Assembly (NCBI GenBank): GCA_003971905.1
Contig: RSEE01000007.1
Span: forward strand, 434,001-498,000
DNA length: 64,000 bases
Reading direction: 5' to 3'
Origin: Moniliella sp. 'wahieum'
Lineage: Eukaryota
Shown: piece after piece, positions 38,741 to 50,681 of the stretch
Position numbering within the stretch: the stretch's first letter is position 1
Layout of the letters: every line of letters begins with the position of its first letter
Translations under genes and position numbers: made by a program
Notes under the pieces: model-generated
What the model saw: the letters and a program-made list of their open reading frames with translations, nothing else
What the model was told of the DNA's origin: nothing
The model's database searches: none

Positions 38741-41709
38741 ATGCCCAGCATGGCCCACAGCCCAGCATCCGGCATGAAAATCGGTGTCGGTCTCTCCCCT
38801 GCCCCCAATGGCGCTGTCTCCAGGACCCCTGCTCCGCCTCCGCCTCCTCCCATTGCCCCTTCCTCTGCATCCGACCCGCCCTCCTTCACCCCTCACCCCG
38901 GCACGTGGGGGCCTGAAGCCGAGACCCTCGACTTGTACGTCTGGGACTACTGCACTCGCCGTGGCTACCATTCTGCCGCCCGTGCCTTGGCCCAGGACGC
39001 AGGTCTTGACCCCCACCCGTCCATACCGCTCAAAACCCCCCAGGGTCTTCTGTTTGAGTACGTGCACTGCCTGGCCTCCGCGCACGCAACACTGACATGC
39101 TCGCCGCACCAGATACTGGTCTCTTTTGGGATCTCTTCAACGCCCGAAGCGGACGCGGCAGTCCCAGCGCCCGGGCCTACCAGCAGGCACTAGATGAACG
39201 CACATATGCTGGCTACCAGAGATCGCTCCAACGGTACAGATCCGATGCGTCAACCTCCACCTCGACCGCCCCTGAGCAATTGCATTTGATGGCATCGTCC
39301 GCGGACACGCGACCACTGGTACTGTTCCTGCTCAAGCGGGAGCAGGCTGGGTCTCCTCTATGCCTGTTACCGAACCCCAACTTGGGGGCGTATACCAGGG
39401 ATCTCATCAGTCTGCTAATGGGCCGAATCAGGTGTCGGTCTCCCAAAACGGTGTGGCGGGCCCCATGCCGATTTCTAACAGCCAATCTAGCGGCTCTGGC
39501 CGCCATCCAGTCCCCGTCCAGTCCGCAGGCCAAACCACGCTATTGCAGTCGCCCTTATCGGCTGTCCCTGACTCTTCTCTTCATCTGTCAGGCGGTCCTA
39601 CCGCCTCCGGGACACCGGCCGCTCGTAACACCACTTCCCTCTCCTCATCGCCATATGGAACGACCCAAACTGGACATCCAGCTACGCAAACATCATTGGG
39701 CGCCTCCTCTAACCCAGTGGAGCCCAGCGTGTTGAGCCATCGACCATTGAATGGCGCTGGATCAGGCCCAGGCGGGAATGGACCGACGCCGGGGGACCGA
39801 GGGCAGTCAAGGGTCTGACATGCCTTCTCCTCTCATGGCCACAATGCGGGTGATTGATGGCATGACCATTCCTGAGTTTACTGTCTGGTTGCGCCAACTG
39901 TCTCCCACCCAACAAAACTCGTTGCTGATGTCTTGCGCTCAAGCCCGGGGAATGACCCCAGCTCAAGTCCAGCGTCTCGACCCGGACAACCGTGTGGGAT
40001 TAATCGCATCACTGGGGAGCCAAAACGTCGTTCGCTTCCTCCACATGGGTCCTGGTTCAGTCGATCTACCAGGGACGGCGACAACTACGATGAGGCCTCC
40101 CAGTGAAGCTCATTCCCAGGGGACAAGCCAAGGCCCCGCTCAGTTCTACGCTGAGCTGCGCGCCCAGACCCAGGCCGAGGCGCAGGCGCGGGCCCATTCT
40201 GATGCTCAAGCTCAAGCTCAGGCGCAGCAGGCTCAGGCTCAGGCGCAGGCTCAGGCTCAAGCCCAGGCCCAGGCCCAGGCACAGGCACAGGCAGAAGCAC
40301 AGGCTCAAGCACAAGCACAAGCACAAGCCCAAGCTCAAGCTCAGGCTCAGGCTCAGGCGCAGGCTCAGGCCCAAGCCCAGCTCAAGCCCAAGCTCAGGCG
40401 CAGGCTCAGGCGCAGGCTCAGCAGGCGCAGGCTCAGCAGGCCCAAGCACAGGCTCAAGCACAGGCCCAAGCGCAGGCCCAAGCGCAGGCCAATCCCGAGC
40501 CCGAGCCCAAGCACAAGCACAAGCTCAAGCTCAAGCACAAGCCCAAGCTCAGGCTCAAGCCCAAGCTCAGGCTCAAGCTCAGGCGCAGCAGGCTCAGGCT
40601 CAGGCTCAGACCCAAGCTCAGGCTCAACAATCCCAGTCCCAAGCCCAGCAGGCGGCTCACTTGAACGCACTTCAACGTGGGGTGCCTTTGGGGCCACCTC
40701 CCCTCAGAGTGGCGAGCCCTATCACAGATGGATACCGACCCGCCACAGCTGGATCAATTCAAGGTCCTCCGCGGCCTTTGCCTCCAGGTCGCTCGATCAG
40801 TGTATCGGGCCCCTTGGATGGCTCGATCGCCCTCCCGAGAATTCGGCGGGGGGCTTGGCCCCGTTGCGGCAAGTCAGTGCTCAAGGGGAGTTGGCACAGC
40901 ACTCCCGCACCCAACTGTTGACCCAAGTCCAACGTTTGCAGGCCCAGATCAAAGCGGAGATGACTAAGGCCCAAGCTGCCTCATCTGAGCAGCAGGCCCA
41001 GCAAGCTCAGATGGCGGTGCACATGTGTAACCAACAGCTGCAACGCATCCGCGCTCTACTCGACAAGCCGATGGGGGAGGCGTTTCAAGTCCACAAGCCT
41101 CCCAACCGTCATCTCACGCATCCAGTCCTGGCGTCGGCCCGGGCATGCCCAGTTCCCAGATGAGCCCGACAGTGCAGATGAATTACCCCGGTTCGTCATC
41201 CTTACTCTCCCGCAGGTGGTCTGCCCCGCGGGGAGGGCGGAGCGCGGGGACGCAAGCCTTCTACCCGAGGTCGAAGAGCATCCAAAACGCCGCGTACCCC
41301 GCGCACAGTCAACCTACCCTAAAGACCGATTCGCCTGTTCCGGGCTCGGCGAGTTCGCATCGAGACCCGCACTCCCAGATTGAAGACCCATCCTCGCTGG
41401 TTCCCGCTCTCCAACCCCATCTGTCACACGACCTGTCCCACGTATCGCGCCCGCACCCTTCCCCATACATGTCTGAGCGCATGCCGGACCCGATGCCCAT
41501 TACTAGTGCCCCCCCGGACCCTGAAATGGGGAATGGGGCCGGAGTCTCCTCAGAGCAGCAGACCGACGTCAGGGTCTGGCCCAGGGGCTACCCTTTCCCT
41601 TCCGGCTACCGTACCTGAGGGAGACGAGGGAGAAAATTTCGAAGCCATGTTCGGCGGGTATTTTGACTTTGACAATCCCGAACTAGCCAATTTGGGCTCG
41701 GTCTTCTAA
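38741..41709 (+). CDS. LisH/LUFS-domain transcriptional regulator (Flo8/Som1/SSDP-like) with a long (QA)n tract; intron 39058-39112; frameshifted
   Basis: [26 protein letters not shown]...[20 protein letters not shown] matches LisH plus the PxGFLxEWWxxFWD motif. Acidic/aromatic C-terminal end [12 protein letters not shown]. Confidence 0.8.
40170..40650 (+). repeat. Coding (Gln-Ala)n repeat
   Basis: Alternating CAG/CAA and GCN codons over about 480 nt. Confidence 0.9.
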
Positions 41710-42514
41710 GTCTGGATATGTGCGAAGATGAATGGAGGGGGGAGGGGGTTTGAATCTATGGCATTAGCTCTTGCCATATAGCAAGAGAAGACAAGGATTG
41801 CTCCTTTCCCAATGGCGCCATTCCCGTCGCCGACAATAAAAACCATCAACTATCCCTTGTGCTAGACCCATTTTCGGACCCGCTCTGAACCACCGTCGTC
41901 GCTAGGCACAAGCCCCGCTCCACGCTCGCTCCCCCTTCCTGAGTTTGTACACTAATACTATTATATCGTGTTGTTCCCCCCTCCACGTTTGTTTCCCCAT
42001 GTTCTGGTTGTGAGAATGTCCGGCAGCACAAGCGTTCATCACGGCTGTCCACTTCTCATCATCTGCTACTCTCCCCCATCAATGGCCGCACACGGCTATA
42101 CGACAGAGGTGGCCCTATTCCAGGATGGCTAGCCTCAAAACACGCATCGAATGAAGGCAATCCACGGCCTATCAATGTATGCCCACCTGCCAGTCGAACG
42201 CATATGGACCGTCCGTCCGCGCTCGAAGGGGTGTGGCCCTGGGCCAGTACGTCCCAACACGCCGGCAGCGATAGGGAGTAGGAGATGAGGACGCCAGGGC
42301 CGAGCTCACGTCCCTGGGACACCTAGGCTGGCGCCACAGGGGGAGGGCGCAGACGGCACAGGCTGAAACACTCCCAGGACTCCATTCGGGTCAGAGAGAG
42401 CTTTGGACGGTCCGGCTCTTGCGGTAAGAATGCGTAAATGGCGAACCTACTTCAGGCCAGTGCAAAGAAATCTGCCAGAACAAACCAAGCAACCCGGAAG
42501 ACATCAGCTCGGCT

Positions 42515-45500
42515 TTAGCTTGTCCCCCGCGCAGGACGGTATGAACGGCGATACATAGAGAGTGCTGAGCTCAGGAGGTTAGCTTAGTTTGTCCGAGTGC
42601 CATAGGAGATTTCTAAGAAGGGTAGGGACTTACGATCATCCGAGATGCCGAAGCGAGCTTGTTCTCGTTCCTCGCCGGCTGCGTAAGACAAGACGAGCTT
42701 CTTGATCGCCTTTCTCAGCCGCCGCCTCGGCCTGGTGCGTGCGTGTCGTCTCAGCAAAAGAGCTATTGACGGGGATAGGCAAATCGTGGGTCAAAACCTT
42801 GTTCCCTTTCTTGGAAAGAAGAGAGAAGGTCATGTGCTTAGGTGCGGCATCCTTGATCTCCTCCTCTGTCGTACCCAGCGCGGGGAAGTCTGCCTCCACA
42901 ACAGGGGGCGACAGGCTTCTTGACGAGGGGAATGGCCGCGTCAAACAAACGGCCCCGGGCCGTGCCCGCCGCAGCATTTGGCGTAGGAGTCGAGTCCGCC
43001 ATCATCTTGGCTAGCTCCCGTCCAAACGCATCGTCTGCCTCCTTCTTCTGTGCCCGTTCCCACTCTTCTTGCTGTTTGGCCATGAGCTGTGCCTCCGCGT
43101 CTTCATCCAGATCTTCATCTTCATCATCCAACCCTTCGGCCTCTTGGTCGCTCCCCACAGTCAGCCGCTCTCCTCCTCAAGCCCGCCCAAACGATCATCA
43201 CCATCGCCCGTGACCGAAGCGCGGTCTTCCTGCAGCGAGGAAGGAAGCGGCATGTCCTCTTCCTCTTCCTCGTCCACCTCTGCCTCCCCCAACCCACTGT
43301 CGGCCTCGGCACGGCCCTTTTCGTATCGCTCAAGCGCCACAGCAAAGTCCCATGTCCAACCACCCAGGGCGCTGACCACGCCAGGCATCAGGTCCAGGGA
43401 GTCGGCTAGCATGTAGTCGATGTCCAAAGGCAGGGGCATTGCCTTGGTCAGGACGTACACATTGAAAAAGGAGAGAAAAGCAGCCAACGACCGCTTCCCG
43501 GGATTACGTTCGTACCGTCCTTCCACGGCAGTATATTAATCAGGTGGCAGACAAGACGAATGCGGAAGTAGTCATCTCCACGGTCGATTGGGGTGGCGTG
43601 GTAGTACTGATAGTTGTACCCGGGCGCGGGAGCGGCTGCTGGCGTGCCTGCCGTCAAAGAAAGATGACTTCCCCCGGCCATGGGGGTAGAACTGGGGGGG
43701 ATAGGGTGGGCAAAGGTGACAAAGGACCAAAGATGGTAGAACAAGAGCGCTGACGTGATCAAGTTTGCGTTGTACAACTCGCCCAAAAACGCCACCTGAG
43801 CCACCCGGATCTGGGCCTGGGGAACCAAGTTCATCTCCATCCCCAACCTGATCTTCTCCACCACTGTGTCAACGACTGCCGTAACAAACTCGGGATGAAA
43901 GGGCTGTAGGTCCCTAAGCACGAGCGCCAGAAGCGGAATATCCGGCCACTTGAGCTTATGCGGCTTGGTGAACACACTCATCAGCGTCCGTTGCGTCTCG
44001 GGTTGGGACCAGTGCAGTTGACGGAGGAGACGAACAACCTTATCCAAGTGTTCTTGGTGAGTACGTCATAGATGAGATGTCGGATAAACAGCTCCATCGG
44101 AGAACGCTCTTTGACTTGACGAACGCCGCGGGGAGGTGGGACACATGCATAGTAGGCATTGTCCAGTGCCAATTGCTGACCTGCCGTCAACACGGTGCTC
44201 GTGGAGCGCAAGCGCTTCATTCGCTCTAACAGCGCTTTCGCTTTAGGGGCCGTAGCAGGCTGTGACAGTAAAAACCGTCCACACGTCTCGAGTAACGTAG
44301 CCAGGACATCAACTGCCGCCGCGCCCATATCATCCATCGCCATCTTAATAACATGAAGAATGACATGCACCGGGGTCACTTGGAACTTCGTCAACTCCCC
44401 CAGGAACCGTGCCGCTTTACCTCGCGAGTCTGTCGCGCCCACGTCATTGGCAGCAGCACCACGCCGCTTGAGTGCACCAAACAGTTGCCCACTCAGAGAT
44501 GATACGGTCACCTCACCAATATCAGGCCAATACCGAGCCAAAGTAGCGATCAAGCGGGCATAGTACGGGGCAAGATCACCACGATTGCGAGGAATATTAA
44601 GTAACGTGCGCTCCAACTTACCACGGGCGGCCTTGGAGTTGAGATAGGCAAACTCAACCGCCGCGCTGTCGATCATAGTCCTGTTCGTCAGCTCAGGAAG
44701 ACGAGCAAGGAGTAGGTTAAGCTGGGCCACCCGGCGAGCTCCAACTTCAGCTCGATCCGCCGCATCATCCCCTTCCTTGTCTCCGGTGCTTGGCTCATCC
44801 TCGGCAACCTCTTCCGGAAGTTCAGGCATGCCGTCTTCATGCACCTCTTCCACATTTTCCGAAGCAGTCGCATCATCCGGCGCATTCGCTTCATCTGGAG
44901 TCTTACCCCATCCTCGTTGGCTCGGATCGTTTGGTTTGGCTCCTGCCTCAGGCGCAACGAGAGAAGCGGGGACAGAGGAGCCCACATCGAGCAAGTTCTC
45001 ATAAAAGGCCCGGGTCTCTTCGTCCTCCCATACCCCGGCATCCCCCGACTTGAGATCAACCAAAGAGGAAGTGGCATCCAAGTTAACCACCCCGGCCTTG
45101 CTCTCCTGCACTGTTTCCAGTTTCGGGGGGTGCGTCCAAAAGCTCAGCCAGGGCTGTCGCCTGATCAAGGATGGCGTCAAACTGTTTAGTTTGCGCCTCA
45201 TATGCCTGAGCCCTGTCCTCAAAATGATGCCGCTGCGAATGTATGCCTCCTGATTGCGCACGTCCTGGGCCAGCAACTTGGAATGCGCCTTGGTGATCTT
45301 CTTGGACAAGGCGGCAAAGTAGGGATCAAGCAATTGACGGAATTTGGCCTGCCACTCCGGCGAAACATGATTTACAGGAAGAGAGAGGGATCTTCTCCGG
45401 CGGGTGCCTTCGTATCCGCTTCCGCCTTGCCATTGGCTGGGGGGCCAAGGAGGATGGTCCCGGCAGCGCGCAGGAGGGCGACCAGGACCGGAACATTGGC

Positions 45501-46109
45501 GTGCTCACGATCAGTAGCCACCAAGTTGCGGGTTATACTGAACAAATATGTGAGAGACTCATCCGCAGGTTCGGCTGCCGTGCCTGAGCGGAACAGATCC
45601 ACCAGCGCGCACTCGGTAGCGACCCGGACCAGCGTCTTGAGCTTGGTGACACGGGCGTTTTCAGCGGCTTTGAGCAGCTCACGCTGCTTGGCATCCTGAT
45701 TCGCTGCAGCAGTACCACGAGGAGGAGGCGGGTGCAGTTCCTTTTCAATAGCGCTAGCGATGGGCGTAATGAAGTCAGGTCCAAAGCGGGCAAAAAGAGC
45801 GGATAAAACATCGGCGGCGGCAACGACATCTTTATCACGCGTAGAACGGGCGAGGCCGTCAGGGACGGCCGCCACCAGTTCATCAACGTAGCGGTCAAGG
45901 CTGAGAGTTGCTGCCTCGCGTACCAACACATCGCGCGCATCAGCAACGAGGCCAGCGCGGATGCGCTTCACATACGCCGAGTTCTTCTTGAGCGATGCAT
46001 CCAGGTTAGCGCTCGGCCGGGAAGGACCGGCAAGCCATACATGGCCGTTGGCCTGACGCAATTCTGCGCGATGGGCTACGCGCTCGTCGCGAGAAACAGA
46101 CGCAGCCAT
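42515..46109 (-). CDS. UPF2: Nonsense-mediated decay factor Upf2/Nmd2 (several frameshifts; probable last intron 42565-42633)
   Basis: LDASLKKNSAYVKR, NQEAYIRSG, WEDEETRAFYENL, IDSAAVEFAYLNSKAAR, PYYARLIATL, RFLGELTKF, LLETCGRFL, DDYFRIRLVC, an acidic stretch, and C-terminal FSLLSKKGNK...IPVNSSFA. Confidence 0.93.
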
Positions 46110-46853
46110 TGCATCCGCAGCTGTGGGGGTGGTAGGGTCGATGGGGGTGGTGAAGCGGCCGCTCGTCCAGCTCGTCAACGGCTCCTGGCTGTCGCTGTGG
46201 GTGCCACAGGGTTGACGTATTTTCCGGGTGGCGGAACTGCGCTTTTTGAAATGTCACAGCCTTAACAGGCCTGAGGCGCTGAGCCTCCATGGCTTGCACC
46301 TTCAAGCTTCAAGCTTCAAGCTTCACGTCAAATTGACCTCACTGAGAGTCTGCCGACCAGCTTGTGCGCTTGAGCGCCTCACACGCATCTCCTGCTCTGC
46401 GAGGATGGTCGCATGGACGACGCCTGCTGCTACACCACCGCCACCATTCCCGGTGCTAACCTTGAAGCCTCAACCAAAGCGTTGCGTGCACTCTTAGACC
46501 TTACTGCTTCTCACCGTCACACGCATCGTGCATCATGCATCATGCATCACACCAGTGGCATCGCCTTCAACCAATCAGCTTGCTCCCACCAACAACCGAC
46601 GTTGGACGTCGGATCCAGGAGCTGGTGCGGTGGGCATAGATGGCATGATGCATGACTGTAGCAGCTGTCAAAGCGGGACGCAGCCAAGCTCAAGCTGCAC
46701 AAGCTGTGGTGATTTGGGGGCTGGCTGGGACCGCGGATTACATAACCCAGCCTTCACGTCAGCTTCGCAACCGCCACGTTGTCAGGTCCGGGGAGTCGCA
46801 GTCCTCCATCTGGAACTGCCCCATCACCTTTGCCTACACCCTCTGCCTGCACG

Positions 46854-47863
46854 ATGCGCTTCGGCAACTTCGTCCTCGGGCCGGTACTCGCTGCACTTGG
46901 TGCGCTGAGTCTTGTGTCAGCCGGTACTACTGGTGACAAGTTTGCCGCCCTGTCCTACAGGCAAGGCGGGGCAGTCGAGCTCACGTCCAGTTTGTTCAGT
47001 GAGTTGGCTGATGCCCCGCGTGACACGGGCGCTGCCGTACTCTTCACCACTATGGCCGGTGGTGCACAGTGCGAAGCGTGCAAACAAGTGCAGCCTCGTT
47101 GGGACTCGCTCTCCAAGCAATGGTCCAAACGTCGTGACTCGTCCTTGGTCTTTGCCACGCTCGACTTCTTCAAGTCGCGCGAGGTCTTCACCCGCGTACG
47201 TCGTCTCCCCTTTGTAAACTATTTGGGCGTCAGCTGATGCCGGAGATACAACAGCTTCGTGTAACCCACGCCCCAATGCTTCTTTACTTCCCCCCCGGAT
47301 CGGGCAGTCCTTCCAAATACGACTTTGCTACGGGCTCGTACGAGGCGGAGGACATTGCTGAGTGGCTCGAGACCCAGCGCGGCAAGGCGGTGCCCTACTC
47401 AGCACCTTTCCCTTGGTTCAAGGCGTTTACAGCCGTAACGTCCCTGTCAGTAGGAACTGCAACCGTGTTTTTCTTACGGCAACACGTTTCTATCGGTGCG
47501 AGCTCTAAGCTTATCTGGGCCATCCTCGTACTGGGCATCATCGTGACGCAGACAGCAGGATACATGTGGAACCAGATCCGTGGAGCTCCTTTTGCCGGAT
47601 ATGGACCAGGGGGGCAAGTGACCTACTTTGCATCTGGCTTTCAGAACCAGTACAGCGCTGAGACAGGCATCATTGCAGGTCTTTACACGCTATTGGCCTT
47701 TTCGGTTGTGGCACTAGTCAAGGCGGTGCCCAACCAGCCATCCAAGACACGGCAGCGTGCTGGGGTTTATGTCTGGTCCGCTATCCTCTTGGCGGGCTTC
47801 TCGGTGTTGATCGCCATATTCCGGATGAAGAACGGGATGTATCCCTTCCGTCTGTTCCTGTGA
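46854..47863 (+). CDS. OST3: Oligosaccharyltransferase subunit Ost3/Ost6 (TUSC3/MAGT1 family); intron 47196-47254
   Basis: Signal peptide, thioredoxin-like CEAC motif, VFATLDF, GYMWNQIRGAPF, GFQNQYSAET and C-terminal FRMKNGMYPFRLFL. Confidence 0.92.
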
Positions 47864-48158
47864 GAGAGGCGGTAGGCGCCATATTACAATTGGTACAATC
47901 AAAAATACTTCAGTCTGTCGAATGAAGAGTGGCTCTGGCTAGCTGGGCGAGTTGTAATAGTACATTCAATGTGGGTACTGGCAGAGCTTATCAGATCCAT
48001 TGGGTAGTGGTCCGGCATCGCCCTAAGGCTTTTTCCGTGGTGCTCGCGCATTATAGTAGCTTTTGTCTGTTTGCGGTTCCTTGACCCTGTTTGGACGCAG
48101 AGTCCCCTTTCGGCGGAAGTTACCCAGCGAATCCTCACCTGATGAGACCTGGAGTCCA

Positions 48159-48410
48159 GATGGTCCTCGAGGGTGATGCAATCACACTAGTGGTGGTGGT
48201 GGTGGTGGTGGTGGTGGTGGTGGCGGCGGCGGTCTAAGCCAACCAGCAACGGCTGCAGAGGAACATCAAGCAGCGAGTCTCGCCACCAGGGGCTAAGCTG
48301 CGAAACAAGGAAAAACAGGAGAGAAAAACAGCGGAACTCCCAAGCCTGAGGAGGGACTGAAGGGACATTGACCAAAGCACGAGCCACCTGATGGCTCAAC
48401 ATTACCTTCT
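48159..48410. repeat. Dispersed diverged repeat, copy A (contains a (GTG)n tract)
   Basis: 24-nt identity GATGGTCCTCGAGGGTGATGCAAT with 56735-56758, and continuing patchy similarity. Confidence 0.8.
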
Positions 48411-49345
48411 CTCAATCAATCGATGGGATCAAGGAAACTCTTCTTTTAGTCGCCTAGTTGTTTCCCTCTCCCACTTCCTGTCTTTAACCCTCCAGCTCTC
48501 CAGTTTCCAGCGTTTCACCCCTCCAACATCCAGTCCCCTATAATAGTTGTTTGAATCCTAATTGATCATGATCATCCGATAGTGCAGTCCTACTCTGTCC
48601 CACCCCCTCACCTTTCCTATATGTCCCACTCTAATCCAGTTCCTGCTTCAGCTCCACAATCCCCCACAGTCCAGTTTCCATTCCCGTGCCGGCATAATAG
48701 TCCAGTTTGCCTCTCTCTTCCAATCAAGTGTACGAGCATCGTCCATTGACGTGTTGCCACTTACTGCCCACAAAAGCCGTGGATGTTAACCCCCCAGCGT
48801 GGGTCCGGCCACGAGAGGGGCTTGATCGCCTGCCGTTTTCTACGCTCTTCAACGACCTAATTGAACAGTTCTGGAACGGGCCCGGCATACATCGACCATC
48901 AGCCTACTGTCGTACATGCCAATAGTGTCGCCACATCTGAGGTCTGGTATTTAAGTCTCCGTCTGAGACCCCGCCAACCGATTTTTGGTGCGGGGCAAAC
49001 CAGACCTGGATGAGCTGGACGCCTGAGCCTGAAGCCAAGGGGGTGGCCTTCACCGGGAAGCCCCTCACATGTCACAGTAGTCACTGCGTAGCAACGATAG
49101 CAAGGGCTGACACATACTGTCATGCATGAGATCGATGAGATCTAAGAAGATCAATCACGTGATGAGTGAGCCCCACTCCGGGCCGAGTAACCCTATTGTA
49201 GGAATGTAGCCCGGTGCCTGTTGTCTTCCAGCTACTTGCCGCAGCAACCCTGCCGTGGCTATGCCCGGTATCCAATGCGCTTGCTCTGGGCCGCGAGTGT
49301 GCCGCCCGGAAGGCCTCTAGCCAGCCCACCGACTCATTATTCGAC

Positions 49346-49977
49346 ATGGTCTCTGTTAGCCGCCGCACTAACCGCAAGATCCAGCTGAGCGCGCCAGCGC
49401 ACCTGCGCCGCAAGCTCATGAGCTCGCCCCTGAGCAAGGAGCTCCGCGCTGAGTACGGCGTAAGTCACATTTCCTCCTGGGTGGGACTCGGGATCGGTTA
49501 CGGGACAACCTCGCACACACCCAGCTTGGGTGGGATCGCAACTTATATGACACGCACAGCCTGATGGTTCACCCCCATCTCATTGGCATCATTGTGCCTG
49601 CGAAGCTCATGCCCCTTCCGAGCCCCTAATCCCGGGATCCCCCACCGCTTCAATTTTTAAAGACATCGGCTGACCCCAGTCCACATCTTCAGATCCGCTC
49701 GATGCCCATTGTGAAAGGAGACGAGGTTCAGATTGTCCGTGGCTCCAAAAAGGGCGCTGAGGGCCGTGTGACCCAGGTGTACCGCAAGAAGTGGGTCATC
49801 CACGTTGACCGTGTGGAGCGCGAGAAGGCCAAGGAGCAGACAGTTCCTATCCCCGTTGCTGCCTCCAATGTTGTTATCACTAAGCTCAAGCTCGACAAGA
49901 GCCGCAAGGTGATCATCTCCCGCAAGTCGGGCAAGCCTGTCGCCGATGCTGAAGGTGACGTTGAGATGAAGGCCTAA
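49346..49977 (+). CDS. RPL26: 60S ribosomal protein L26 (uL24); intron 49460-49692
   Basis: [41 protein letters not shown]...[16 protein letters not shown]...[14 protein letters not shown]. An additional upstream exon cannot be excluded. Confidence 0.93.
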
Positions 49978-50681
49978 AAGAATGACGCACCCTCTTGTTG
50001 TTGTTGTTGTTGTCTCTTGCACAATTTTCCCTCCCTGAACGCCTCGGCCCTCAATACTGAAGCCTCGGCGTTGTGTCCCTCTTCATCAGGGCTACCCATA
50101 TACATACTCCCCTCCCTCCCAAAATGAGCCGTCTCAGCGCAGGACCGTGGCCAAGGTTCTGTTTGCTGTTTGTGCTCGAAGCAGTCCATGCTATTTTCGG
50201 TGCTCGCCGACGGCAGCTGGAGCTGCCACAGGCATGGGTGCGTTGTTAACCTATGCAAATGCCATGACATGAACGGCCTAGCAAACACAATGCACAGATG
50301 GGACGCCGATGATCCATGATCGATGAACGCGCTGAACCTGCTGAGCCGTAGGCCTCAGAGACCCATCAGACTGAGGTTCAGACCTTGAACGTCTTGAACG
50401 TCGATGGTGTTGAACCGTTGCACGTTGCACTTTGAATGGTTGAACGTTCAGTTCAGTGGAGCGTTAAACGTTAAACCCTGGTAGACACAATGGGATGACG
50501 TAAGTAATTGAACCGCATGGTGTCCCAGGAACCCAACGTGGCCGCCATGCAGCTGTGGCGCTGCTGCGGCCCGACCGGCTACAATCTTGCGTCGACATCC
50601 CCAACGTTGGGAGCGTCGTTGTCGCCATCGCTAGCATCGCCCCTGCCTAACCTATACTAGTCCACAGCATCCATCGTCAGC

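Noticed and set aside
48237..48300. QQRLQRNIKQRVSPPG resembling the N-terminus of a Rad6-like E2 enzyme
   Set aside because: The match is too short and no downstream UBC core (HPN motif, catalytic Cys) is visible.
48187..48402. Minus-strand ORF ending in poly-His
   Set aside because: It is a by-product of the (GTG)n microsatellite and is not conserved in the second repeat copy.
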